A stretch of 26,435 nucleotides of DNA, from positions 1 through 26,435 of the IMG/VR virus record IMGVR_UViG_3300010376_000118. The stretch is one strand, 5' to 3'. A program made the translations under genes and the position numbers. The notes below the pieces were generated by a model. The model worked only from the letters and a program-made list of their open reading frames with translations, was not told the DNA's origin and made no database searches. Position 1 is the stretch's first letter, and every line of letters begins with the position of its first letter. This DNA comes from a virus. Lineage: Duplodnaviria > Caudoviricetes. Positions 1 through 9,038 of the stretch are shown here, piece by piece.

Positions 1-1857
1 ACGCCGATGTTGCTCGGCCAGCCCACCAATATCGTCGGGCTGGTTGGAGTAGGATCGTGGGGACCGCTGAACTCGCTGATTCCGGTGTCGAAGCCGCTCG
101 ACTGCACGTTGCAAATCGGCAATCCGAAAATCCGCCCGCGTGACATCGCCAGTTACGTCGCCGCCGCCTGTCAGGTCGGCCCGGCAATCGGCTTCATGTG
201 CGTGCGCGTATCCGATGGCACCGATGCGGCAGCTACGACGACAGTGGGGACGGGCGGTGCTTTCGCCACCGGCTTCGTGCAGTTCTCGGCCAATCCGGCG
301 CTCAACGACACGCTGACGCTCAACGGTACGCTGATCACGTTCTCGGGCGCGATGCGCGGCTCGACGCTGACCGCAACATTGCAGGAATTGATCACGGCGC
401 TGCAAAATTCGGCCGACGCCAATCTGTCGCAAGCGACTTACACGCTGGTCGGCACGCAGATCAACATTCAGGCGCTCAATCCGGGCACGGGCGGCAACTC
501 GTACACGATGGCGAAGTCGTCAACCGCGATTGCGCTATCCGGTTCGAACCTGACTGGCGGCTCGGCGTCGGGCGGCGTCGGTTTGACGCTGACGGCGAAA
601 TATTCCGGCACGCAAGGCAACAACATCACGTTCTCGATCCAGAACGGTTCGCTGGCGGGTTCTTATTTGTTGTCGGTGCAATTCCCCGGCATGCCGCCCG
701 AACAGATCAACAATGTCGGCGGTGCTGGCAATACGTTTTGGCAGAACGCGGCGGCGGCGATCAATAGCGGCAACGCCTATTCGCGGCCGAGCCAGTTCAT
801 TGTCGCGGCGGCGGGCGCGTCAACAGCCGCGCCGACATTAAGCACGCCAGTGCAACTGAGCGGTGGCACCGATGGCGATGTCGGCGTCACTGACGCGACG
901 CTGATGGGTCAGGACACCGTACCGCGCAAGGGCATGTACGCGCTGCGCAACTCGCTGGTCGATTCGTTCACGCTGTGCGACATGGCGACGGTCGCCAACT
1001 ATGCGGCCATCGGCTCGTTCGGCGTGCAGGAAAGCATGTTGCCGGTGTTCGGTTCGCCGTCCGGCGACACCATCAATAATGCGCTCGGCACCCGCGTTTC
1101 GGCGGCGCTCGACACGCCGTGGTTCTGGTACATCCTCGGCGACTGGCCGTCGTTCTATGACGCCTATAACGGCGTCACCCGGCTGATCAATCCGAGCGCG
1201 TTCGGGCTTGGCATCCTCGGCAACATGTCGCCGCAGCAATCGCCGCTGAACAAGCCGCTGCAAGGCATCAGTTCGACGCAGCGCTCGGCGATTGGGCAGA
1301 CCTATTCGGATGTTGAACTATCGCTGGTCAACACGGGCGGGATCGACACCATCATTCCGCCGCAGCAATCGCCCGGTGGTTACTACTTCTCGTTTGCGTC
1401 GGGCCGCAATTCATCGAGCAACACAGCGGCGAACGGCATCGAATATACGCGGATGACCGATTTTCTCATTCGCACGGCAAAGTCGAAAGCCGCAGGGTCT
1501 TTCATCGGACGTTTGCAGTCCATTCAGCCGAACGACCAGACCCGCGCGCAAGCCAAAGCGCTATTCGACGGTTTTTCGGCGCAACTCGCCGCGCCGCAAT
1601 TCGGGCTTGGCATCGACGGCTCGGGCATCATCGACTTCCCGTGGCTGGTGCAGTGCGACCTGACCAACAATCCGCCCGCATTCCAAGCGCTCGGTTATCT
1701 GTTCCTGTACTGGCAGGTCAGATACCTGAACGTGGTGCGCTACTTCGTGATCAAATTCCAAGGCGGCGGCAACGTCACCGTCACCGTGCAGAACAGCGCA
1801 CCGGCCCCGTCGCAGTTTGCCTCGACGCTGTCGCCGAACGTGCTCGGCGGGCCGTAA
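1..1857 (+). CDS. Contractile tail sheath protein (probably 5'-truncated by the window edge)
   Basis: The ORF is >=616 aa and its frame is open to position 1. It has sheath-like motifs ([42 protein letters not shown]-terminal [17 protein letters not shown]) and directly precedes a tube-sized gene. Confidence 0.9.
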   Translation, partial: TPMLLGQPTNIVGLVGVGSWGPLNSLIPVSKPLDCTLQIGNPKIRPRDIASYVAAACQVGPAIGFMCVRVSDGTDAAATTTVGTGGAFATGFVQFSANPALNDTLTLNGTLITFSGAMRGSTLTATLQELITALQNSADANLSQATYTLVGTQINIQALNPGTGGNSYTMAKSSTAIALSGSNLTGGSASGGVGLTLTAKYSGTQGNNITFSIQNGSLAGSYLLSVQFPGMPPEQINNVGGAGNTFWQNAAAAINSGNAYSRPSQFIVAAAGASTAAPTLSTPVQLSGGTDGDVGVTDATLMGQDTVPRKGMYALRNSLVDSFTLCDMATVANYAAIGSFGVQESMLPVFGSPSGDTINNALGTRVSAALDTPWFWYILGDWPSFYDAYNGVTRLINPSAFGLGILGNMSPQQSPLNKPLQGISSTQRSAIGQTYSDVELSLVNTGGIDTIIPPQQSPGGYYFSFASGRNSSSNTAANGIEYTRMTDFLIRTAKSKAAGSFIGRLQSIQPNDQTRAQAKALFDGFSAQLAAPQFGLGIDGSGIIDFPWLVQCDLTNNPPAFQALGYLFLYWQVRYLNVVRYFVIKFQGGGNVTVTVQNSAPAPSQFASTLSPNVLGGP

Positions 1858-1904
1858 GCGTTTCACCTGATCTAACTGCAACCACTGACATTTAGGAGGC
1901 GATC

Positions 1905-2342
1905 TTGCCAGTCAACGGCATGAACGTCGGTCGCGACTATCAAGTCCTGTACTACGACGCCAATCAAGGTTTGGTGCAATCGCTCGGCGACGTTCAAAAT
2001 GTGCGCATCACCGCGCAGAAACACGACATTGCGTCGCGGCCGTACAATCAGCCGCCGCGCTTTGGTTACATTCCTGACGGCTATCGGATCGACTTCACCA
2101 TCACTCGCACCGGCTCGCAGTTGGAAGACCTGATGGTGCTGAACGAGACGAACTTCAACAACGGCCAGATCATGTCGCCGGGTTATCTGAACGAGACGAT
2201 CACCAATCCTGACGGCTCGATCAGTCGCTATCAGTATCAGAACTTCGTGGTGTTCATGACCGATGTTGGCGATGTTGCGCGCGAACGTGTGGTCACGCAA
2301 CGCTTGGAAGGCATGGCATCGAAGAAGATTCCATTGCAGTAA
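1905..2342 (+). CDS. Tail tube protein
   Basis: 145 aa beta-rich ORF immediately after the sheath. TTG start is preceded by the RBS AGGAGG. Confidence 0.8.
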   Translation: MPVNGMNVGRDYQVLYYDANQGLVQSLGDVQNVRITAQKHDIASRPYNQPPRFGYIPDGYRIDFTITRTGSQLEDLMVLNETNFNNGQIMSPGYLNETITNPDGSISRYQYQNFVVFMTDVGDVARERVVTQRLEGMASKKIPLQ

Positions 2343-2371
2343 ACTGAACCAGAGCCAAATCGGAGAGGGAG

Positions 2372-2842
2372 TTGGCTGACCATGAAGAAGCAGCCGTTCA
2401 TCAGAATGGCGGGCCGCGCGTTCCAACGGCGGCAGAGGAAATTCTTAATCGCTATCGCCACGTCGAGCGCGCCGCCGATTCGCGTGGGAGAATAATCGGC
2501 GTTCGCCGCCTGCGACCGTCAGAGCAATCCAAGATCGTTGGCATGACGCCGGACCTTGGCGGCTATGATCTGATTCCGAATATCGAAGACGACGCCAAGC
2601 CAGCGGTACGCATGTCGCATCGCATGCCGTTGATGATGGCGGCGTCGGTGGTCGAAGTCGATGGCAACCCGATTGCGTTTCCGCGCAACCGCGTTGAACT
2701 CGATGCGGTGTACGATCAGCTTGACGCTGAAGGGATGGAAGCCATTGTGCAGTGCGCGACGCGGCTTGGCGAATCCATGATCGCCGAGACGGCGCGCCGA
2801 GAAGCAGCAAAAAACTCGTTGGGGACTCCCACTTCCGCCTAA
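2372..2842 (+). CDS. Tail assembly chaperone (gpG-like)
   Basis: 156 aa ORF after the tube, with GGAGAGGGAG upstream of a TTG start and a slippery heptamer near its 3' end. Confidence 0.8.
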   Translation: MADHEEAAVHQNGGPRVPTAAEEILNRYRHVERAADSRGRIIGVRRLRPSEQSKIVGMTPDLGGYDLIPNIEDDAKPAVRMSHRMPLMMAASVVEVDGNPIAFPRNRVELDAVYDQLDAEGMEAIVQCATRLGESMIAETARREAAKNSLGTPTSA

Positions 2843-2871
2843 TCTGTTGGGCGATCAAGTGCGGAGTCCCT
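2809..2871 (+). promoter_or_regulatory. Programmed -1 ribosomal frameshift signal (A AAA AAC plus stimulatory hairpin)
   Basis: In-frame X XXY YYZ heptamer at 2809-2815 and a 5-nt spacer. The hairpin pairs GGGGACTCC/GGAGTCCCT, CACTT/AAGTG and CGCCTAA/TTGGGCG (2821-2871). Confidence 0.85.
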
Positions 2872-3000
2872 TTTGATGTTGCGCATGCGCTCGAAGACTG
2901 GGAACTGCTGGGCTACGCCATCACCTTTGCGCAGTTGGAGAACGGCAATAAGGAATACGACTGGGAACTGATGGATTTCATCGATGACGAAAGTCGGTGA
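2812..3000 (+). CDS. -1 frame extension of the tail assembly chaperone (gpGT-like C-terminal part)
   Basis: The -1 frame is open from the slippery site to TGA 3000 (KLVGDSHFRLICWAIKCGVPFDVAHALEDWELLGY...). It fills the gap to the next gene and has no convincing start of its own. Confidence 0.8.
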   Translation, partial: KLVGDSHFRLICWAIKCGVPFDVAHALEDWELLGYAITFAQLENGNKEYDWELMDFIDDESR

Positions 3001-4567
3001 CATTCTAATCGATGGCTATGTCGTCGGCGAGATTCGGCTGGCGGTCCGCGAGGAAGGCCAGCCGCCGCTGGCGCAGCCGGATTTTGGCTCAGACCTGATT
3101 CCGAATCCGCACGAAGACAATGGCGGCGGCGGCAATCAACCGCAGATCGGCCACGGACCGCCCGTCAGTCCCGGCACGTCGCGGCGGCCGTTGCCGGGCG
3201 GCGGGCCGACATTCCGCCCCGGCATCGGCCCCGGTTCACGGCGCAGATCGAGGGTGACGAGAACCAACGAAGACGAGGACGCAACACCGCGTGAGGAAGG
3301 TGATCTAACTCCCGCTGGTCGCGCTGGCGGGCGGTTCAATGTCCGCGCTGGCGGGGCGCGGTTGCGACCGGGCGAACGCGAGACAATCGTTCTCAGCAAC
3401 GGCGAACGCGTGACCGTCAACAAGCAGGCGGCGGCGCAATTTCGCGGCTTCTTTGAAGACCTAATCGAAGCTGGTGCGCCGGTTCACACGCTCGGCGGTC
3501 TTGGCGCTCGTCTTGGCAACGCGTCACAGCATCCGGTCGGCTTGGCTGTGGACTGGGCGCAGTTGCGTCGCGATACAGTATCGCCCGACGTGGCGCGCTG
3601 GATGCACAACAACCAAGACACGCTTAATACCTTGGAAAGCAAATGGGGCATGAGTGGCGGCGAACACTGGCGCACGCCGGATCGCGGGCATTTTTCTATT
3701 GATACGCTGTACGGGTCGGAACATCTGGCGCGCCTGAAAGGCCGGGGCGCGACGCCAGCCGGGCGGGAGATTGAGGGGCCGCGTGACGCCGAAGTTCCGG
3801 GCGCACGCGCGCCGACACCGGGGCCGCGACCGCGCACTGAAGCGGCACCGCCGCTGCGCACCGACGAGCCGCCAGCGGTGCCGCGTACACCCGGCGCGTT
3901 GCCGCCGACGAATGGCAGTCTCTATACGCAGCGCACGCGCTTTGCCGATGAACTGAAAGACGAAAAAACCCACGAGCGGTTGTTCCGTCTGACCCAAGCT
4001 GAGAATCCGCAAAACCCGCAAGCGTTCATGGAAAGCGTGATGAACCGCGCCGCTGCGCGCAATCAAACGCTGACCGAAGCGATGAACGACGTGCACTACT
4101 ATCCGCGTGTCAGTCAGATCGGCCGCGAACCACGTGACCGTGCCAGCATGCAGGCGGCCATGAGCAGGGTGCTGGGCGGGTCTAACATGATCGGTTACGC
4201 CACCGGCAACGCGTCGCTTAACGTCGGCTTCGGTTATGGTCGCGGCGCGCGTGATCCTTACACCTATCGCGATCCGGCGACCAACGAACGCTACGGCGTC
4301 GAGAACCGCCGCTCAGATATTGACTGGGCGACTCGGCAGCATACGCAGGAATTGTTGGCGAATCAGGCCCGCGCCAGAGCAGCCCGGACCGTGTTGCCGT
4401 CACAGGCGCGGGTCGATATTGGCGCGCCGCAAGTGACGACCAGAACACCGCCGATCCCGCCGCACGGCACTATCGGCGGCTTCACACCGTCGCAGGTCGG
4501 GCCGGGCACGTCGAATCCGGCCGATGATGTCAATCGCGCGCTCGAAGCCATAAAGAACAACAACTAA
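2984..4567 (+). CDS. Putative virion-associated peptidoglycan hydrolase (M15 zinc peptidase domain plus SleB/Hydrolase_2-like domain, Pro/Arg-rich linkers)
   Basis: R..SQHPVGLAVD..WGMSGG..W..DRGHFS matches the M15 SxHxxxxAxD / (E/D)xxH pattern. LFRLTQAE..QAFMESVMNR resembles the N-terminal helix pair of SleB-type hydrolases. Confidence 0.65.
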   Translation: MTKVGDILIDGYVVGEIRLAVREEGQPPLAQPDFGSDLIPNPHEDNGGGGNQPQIGHGPPVSPGTSRRPLPGGGPTFRPGIGPGSRRRSRVTRTNEDEDATPREEGDLTPAGRAGGRFNVRAGGARLRPGERETIVLSNGERVTVNKQAAAQFRGFFEDLIEAGAPVHTLGGLGARLGNASQHPVGLAVDWAQLRRDTVSPDVARWMHNNQDTLNTLESKWGMSGGEHWRTPDRGHFSIDTLYGSEHLARLKGRGATPAGREIEGPRDAEVPGARAPTPGPRPRTEAAPPLRTDEPPAVPRTPGALPPTNGSLYTQRTRFADELKDEKTHERLFRLTQAENPQNPQAFMESVMNRAAARNQTLTEAMNDVHYYPRVSQIGREPRDRASMQAAMSRVLGGSNMIGYATGNASLNVGFGYGRGARDPYTYRDPATNERYGVENRRSDIDWATRQHTQELLANQARARAARTVLPSQARVDIGAPQVTTRTPPIPPHGTIGGFTPSQVGPGTSNPADDVNRALEAIKNNN

Positions 4568-5100
4568 TGCCAGACCAAGCCAAGCCACCAACCGGACCGC
4601 TGGTGTCGCCGCGCCCGCCAGCGTCTACGCATGTGCCGCCGCATGATTCCGGCGAAGCGCCGCCCGGATACCACACCGCAGCCGACGCGCTTGCGGTGTT
4701 TATGGACATGCAACAGAAAAGTTTGTTTCACGAATGGTCCGGCGACGAACTGGAAAAGGCGGCGCAGATCATCGAGGATGAAGCCAAGCGCGTCATCGGC
4801 ACTTACGAGTATGACTGGCCGCCGCTGCAACCAGAAACCATCGCCCGCAAGGGTGCCGATACGCCGCTGTACGAAACCGGCGAACTGCGCGATTCGATTG
4901 AGCATCACGTGGATCGCGACGCGTTGACGGCGCAGGTCGGATCGAACGACCCGGTCGCGGTGTTTCAGGAACTTGGCACGGTGACAATCCCGGCCCGCTC
5001 GTTTCTGATGGGCGCAGCGATGCGTAAGGAAAGAGAAATTGTTGAAATGACCGGCGTCGATATTCACGGTCTGATGCTGAAGCAGTTGGGAATCGATTGA
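4567..5100 (+). CDS. Phage virion morphogenesis / tail completion protein (P2 gpS / Mu gpG / HK97 gp10-like)
   Basis: Family motifs WPPLQPETIARKG..PLYETGELRDSI..VGSN..AVFQELGT..IPARSFL. TAATG coupling to the previous gene. Confidence 0.8.
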   Translation: MPDQAKPPTGPLVSPRPPASTHVPPHDSGEAPPGYHTAADALAVFMDMQQKSLFHEWSGDELEKAAQIIEDEAKRVIGTYEYDWPPLQPETIARKGADTPLYETGELRDSIEHHVDRDALTAQVGSNDPVAVFQELGTVTIPARSFLMGAAMRKEREIVEMTGVDIHGLMLKQLGID

Positions 5101-6914
5101 TGCCTGACATCTATTCCATAATGATGCAGTTGAACCTTGACGACAAAGCGTCGGAAGGGTTGCACAGCGTCACCGAAGGACTGACCAAGCTGGTCGAACA
5201 ACTCGATCTGGCGAAGCAGGGCTTCACTGGATTGCAGACGGCGATAGCCTTTGGTGCTGGCGTCGGCATCGTCGCCGGGATGATGAAGATCAGCGGCGCA
5301 GCCAATGAATTGACTAAAGGTCTGAATCAAATGCGCTTGGCTGGGATGGATGCGCAACGGGCTTTGGACGCCATCAACATGACTGTTGCGCTGCGTCCCG
5401 GCGTGTCGATGGAAGACGCGCGCAAACGATTGGCGATGTTGCTGCCGCAGATCGGGCCAGCCGCCTACGGTTATCTGCCTGAGTTCACCCGGCAAGAAGA
5501 AGCGTTTCGGTTTGCGGGTGTGCAGGGCGGCGTCGAGCCAGCGATCCAAGCGGCGCGCGAACGCGGCATGACCGATCCGGCACGCATTCAGCAGTTCGTC
5601 GAGGAATATTTACGCATCGCACAATCGACGCTGGGTGCGGTCACGCCGCAAATGCTCGCTGGCATCATGCGCCGGGGCGGCGCGGCGGCGCAGCAATGGT
5701 CGCCCGAATTTTTGGAAGTCGGTCTACCCTCGTTCCTGTTGTCCGGTGCCGGGCTGGGCGGTCGGCAGAATATCGGCATGGCGCTGGAACGGCTCGATCA
5801 GGCGATGCTGGCACCGGGCGGTATCGGCGGACGTGGCGGTCTTGGCGGCGCGCTCAATCGGCGCGCATTCCAGCAAATCGTCGGCCGTCCGGTCATGCCG
5901 CAAGACGAACAGATGATGGCGCAAGACCCGGCGCGCTGGGCGCGCACGGTCGGGTCGCAACTCGAAGCCGCCTATGGCGAAGGCCACATGGCCGACGTGA
6001 TCAAGCGGCTGTTCACCAATCCGGTGGTGCAGCAGGCGATGCTGTTCTGGATGACGACGGTCGGGGCGCAGGCGATGGAACGGCAGCAGGCGGCGTTCAG
6101 ACAAACGCTGGGCAGCACGCCAGCGGGCATGGCGATCATCGATAAAGACCCGAGCGTCATGCTCGAATCGATCAGGACGCGCTGGCAGAATTTGATGGAT
6201 CAGATCGCGCTGGCGAACCAGCCGGAATATCTGAAAGAACTGACATGGATCGACTCCTTAGCAGAGTCAATGCAACACCTTCAGAAGCAGGCCGGGCCGG
6301 AAGGCACACGCATTATCATTGCGGCGTTTGAAGGGATTGGCGGCGCGATTGCAACGCTGGCCGCTGTCTACGGACTATCATTCCTGATTCCACCCGCAGG
6401 GGCCGTTGTGCTCGCCGTGGCTGGCATCGCACTTGTAATTTCGACGTTGGTTGGCTTGAACTGGGATGCGGTGAAAACTGGATTGGAGAAGCTATCGCTG
6501 GCGATTCGCAATTTCATGATCGACAAGGGATGGCTAAAGGAAGAACAGCAGGGGCCGACCGGCATCGGCACTAGCAAGATGCCGTGGCTCAAAGCATGGC
6601 CGAACGCGCTGATGTCGCCGGATGTTGACCCGATACAGGGTCGCTGGCCGCGACCGGGCGAACTCGGTGTGCGGCAACAGCCGGTGGTGCCGCCGACGCA
6701 GGTGCCGTCATGGCTGCCGCAATTTCTGCCGCAAGGCGATCCGCACAAGGGCAAGGATGTCAATGTCAGCGTCGATCTGAATCTCGATGGTCGCTTGGTC
6801 GGCAATGTCCTGATTTCCAAGGTGCTGGACGATTACGAGTTCGCGCACGGTCCGCCGTCCACCAATCCGAACACCGCATGGCCGGGTAACTCCTACACAC
6901 CGCAGTCGCAGTAA
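5100..6914 (+). CDS. Tape measure protein
   Basis: About 604 aa, Ala/Gly/Gln-rich and helical, with hydrophobic segments near the C-terminus and a VNVSVDLNLDGRLVG end motif. TGATG overlap; lies just before the baseplate genes. Confidence 0.75.
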   Translation: MPDIYSIMMQLNLDDKASEGLHSVTEGLTKLVEQLDLAKQGFTGLQTAIAFGAGVGIVAGMMKISGAANELTKGLNQMRLAGMDAQRALDAINMTVALRPGVSMEDARKRLAMLLPQIGPAAYGYLPEFTRQEEAFRFAGVQGGVEPAIQAARERGMTDPARIQQFVEEYLRIAQSTLGAVTPQMLAGIMRRGGAAAQQWSPEFLEVGLPSFLLSGAGLGGRQNIGMALERLDQAMLAPGGIGGRGGLGGALNRRAFQQIVGRPVMPQDEQMMAQDPARWARTVGSQLEAAYGEGHMADVIKRLFTNPVVQQAMLFWMTTVGAQAMERQQAAFRQTLGSTPAGMAIIDKDPSVMLESIRTRWQNLMDQIALANQPEYLKELTWIDSLAESMQHLQKQAGPEGTRIIIAAFEGIGGAIATLAAVYGLSFLIPPAGAVVLAVAGIALVISTLVGLNWDAVKTGLEKLSLAIRNFMIDKGWLKEEQQGPTGIGTSKMPWLKAWPNALMSPDVDPIQGRWPRPGELGVRQQPVVPPTQVPSWLPQFLPQGDPHKGKDVNVSVDLNLDGRLVGNVLISKVLDDYEFAHGPPSTNPNTAWPGNSYTPQSQ

Positions 6915-7436
6915 ATGGCTGACCAGATTGACACGCTCAGCATCGGTGGCATCACCTTCGATGGATTTTCGACGCCCGATCTGATGCCGGGCGGCGGCAA
7001 GCAGATGCTGACGGTGCACAAGCTGCCCGGTGGGGCGCGGGTGATCGATACGCTCGGGCGCGACGACAATGACATCGTATGGCGCGGCACGTTTTTTTCC
7101 AGCGATGCGCTGAACAAGGCTTTCGCGCTCGACGCATTGCGCATGCAAGGTGCGCAGTTGCCGCTGGTCTACGCCGGGCGCGCAGTGCCGGTGGTGATCC
7201 AATCGTTCCTGTGGTCGATCCGCCGCTTCCCAATGTGGGTCGAATACTCGATTGCCTGCGTGGTGGTGCAGCAAGCGCCGAGCGCATCGCAGGCCAGCAG
7301 CAGCAGCGGTGTCGATAATGCCACCAGTCAAGACGCGGCGCAGGCTAATGACGTAGCACAGAGCGCTGGGCCGCCGAGCGGCGAGACTATCGGCGGCGCG
7401 ACCAATCCGCCCGTGCCGTTCATTGGGAATCAGTAA
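6915..7436 (+). CDS. Tail tube initiator / P2 gpU-like protein
   Basis: Follows the tape measure gene (TAAATG). The motif GGKQMLTVHKLPGGARVIDTLGRD..I.WRGTF is typical of this position. Confidence 0.65.
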   Translation: MADQIDTLSIGGITFDGFSTPDLMPGGGKQMLTVHKLPGGARVIDTLGRDDNDIVWRGTFFSSDALNKAFALDALRMQGAQLPLVYAGRAVPVVIQSFLWSIRRFPMWVEYSIACVVVQQAPSASQASSSSGVDNATSQDAAQANDVAQSAGPPSGETIGGATNPPVPFIGNQ

Positions 7437-7757
7437 ATGGCGATCCCGCAAAGCATCGTCACCGAGTTCAGCGACATTCAGGCGCAGATCAACGCCGCGA
7501 TCCCGCTGACGGCGGCGACGCATGCCACCAAGGTGGCGTTGCAGTTGAACGCCGCGCAATTGGTCAGCGATTGCGAACAGGCGCAGGGTACGCTCGCGGG
7601 CGCGCTCGATACCTATGTGTGGACGCCCGGCGACGACCCGGCCAAGATTACAAGCGCCGTACAGGGCTTGAACATGAACGCCACTGACGAAGCGAATATT
7701 TGCCTGCTGCGCGGGCTGGCTGGCCGCATGGCCACTAACCTGAACCAGTTGGGCTGA
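7437..7757 (+). CDS. Hypothetical helical tail/baseplate protein
   Basis: 106 aa, coupled (TAAATG), with operon-like codon usage. Confidence 0.7.
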   Translation: MAIPQSIVTEFSDIQAQINAAIPLTAATHATKVALQLNAAQLVSDCEQAQGTLAGALDTYVWTPGDDPAKITSAVQGLNMNATDEANICLLRGLAGRMATNLNQLG

Positions 7758-7759
7758 TC

Positions 7760-7996
7760 ATGGCAACGCCACCGGGCGGTTACGTCGCCGCGACTATTCC
7801 GGCGTCAATCGATCGCGAGAATTTCACCACGCTGTTTCACGTCGCGATGTTTCAGTTTAACGACCCGCTGCAATGGGTGCCGCTGGCGCGGCTCAACGGG
7901 CTACTCGATCCGTGGATATTCGCACCAATCGAATTGTTGATCCCGCCCGTACTGCCGAGCGGGCCGATCCCGCCAACCGGAATCCTCGGGCAATGA
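7760..7996 (+). CDS. LysM-like baseplate protein (P2 gpX-like)
   Basis: TLFHVAMFQFNDPLQWVPLARLNGLLDPW..LLIP follows the LysM/gpX pattern and precedes the hub gene. Confidence 0.7.
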   Translation: MATPPGGYVAATIPASIDRENFTTLFHVAMFQFNDPLQWVPLARLNGLLDPWIFAPIELLIPPVLPSGPIPPTGILGQ

Positions 7997-7997
7997 G

Positions 7998-9038
7998 ATG
8001 GCGATCACGCAGGGAGTCGGTCCGCATAATGGCTGGGTCGAAGTCAACGGGCAGCGCTTTCAGGTCATATCCGGCAACGTGCACGAAACCAGCACCAACA
8101 CCGGATGCACGATGCGAGCGCGGCTGCCGCTGAACGCACCGGGTTATTTGGAAGCGTTCGCCGGGCTGCGTGGCTCGGACACCGATGTCACCGTGATCGT
8201 GCTGGCGCACGGCAGCGAAGCTAATCTGTTCAAAGGCAAGCTGATCAAGATCGAGTTTTCCTTGGTGCAGGGTTTCATCGATCTTCAGGGCGACAACGGT
8301 CATCAGGAACTACACGATCACAAGACGACCGATTCATGGACGAATGCAACCGGCACCAAGGTGGTGTCCGATCTGGTCGGGCGGCTCGGCATTCCGTTCA
8401 TCGGCGGCGCGCAATCGAAGGCGATGATCGGCAAGAAGATCGGGCAGGACTTCGTCGCGCTGACCGACAATGTCAGCTACATGATGAAAATCCACAAATG
8501 CGCCGAGTTCGATGGCGTGCGTGCATTTTTCGACCGCAACGGATCGTTTCGCTATCAAAAGGCGGGACAGGGCGGCTCCAATTCGGTGATGTGGAATCGG
8601 CCGACATCGCAAAAGCCGATGGTGTCGGACACGCTCGATCTGCGCATCATCTACAACCTGCCAGCCGGTGACACGCTTAACGGCGAGCAGACCAGCTACC
8701 AGACCGACAAGAAACAGAACTCGTCTGCCAAGGCGACGGTGCAGGGCGGGCCGAAGCAGCGGCAGTATTACGGCGACACGCCGCCGAACCAGCAGCAGGA
8801 GCAAAACTATCAGCGCGTGACATCAGCGCTCGACTCGATGGCGCAGCACGAATTTCAACTGAACTGCACTGTGGTCGGCGATCCCGACATCGACGCGACC
8901 AAACAAATCACGCTGTCCGGCACGCAGTTCTTCGACATGTCCTATCCAATCGATTCGGTCGATCACAATTTCGGTGTCAATGGCTACACCACGACGGTCA
9001 ACGGCAAGACGGCCGGTCAGGGGCGGAGTGCGCAGTAA
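7998..9038 (+). CDS. Baseplate hub protein (P2 gpD / Mu gp44-like)
   Basis: 346 aa. N-terminal LFKGKLIKIEFS and C-terminal TVVGDPDI..ITLSGT..YPIDSVDHNFGVNGYTTTV motifs; lies before the spike gene. Confidence 0.8.
   Translation: MAITQGVGPHNGWVEVNGQRFQVISGNVHETSTNTGCTMRARLPLNAPGYLEAFAGLRGSDTDVTVIVLAHGSEANLFKGKLIKIEFSLVQGFIDLQGDNGHQELHDHKTTDSWTNATGTKVVSDLVGRLGIPFIGGAQSKAMIGKKIGQDFVALTDNVSYMMKIHKCAEFDGVRAFFDRNGSFRYQKAGQGGSNSVMWNRPTSQKPMVSDTLDLRIIYNLPAGDTLNGEQTSYQTDKKQNSSAKATVQGGPKQRQYYGDTPPNQQQEQNYQRVTSALDSMAQHEFQLNCTVVGDPDIDATKQITLSGTQFFDMSYPIDSVDHNFGVNGYTTTVNGKTAGQGRSAQ

Noticed and set aside
1198-1620. Short repeats in the sheath gene (TTCGGGCTTGGCATC twice; CCGCAGCAATCGCC twice)
   Set aside because: They are in-frame repeats of short peptides (FGLGI, PQQSP) with preferred codons and have no array structure.
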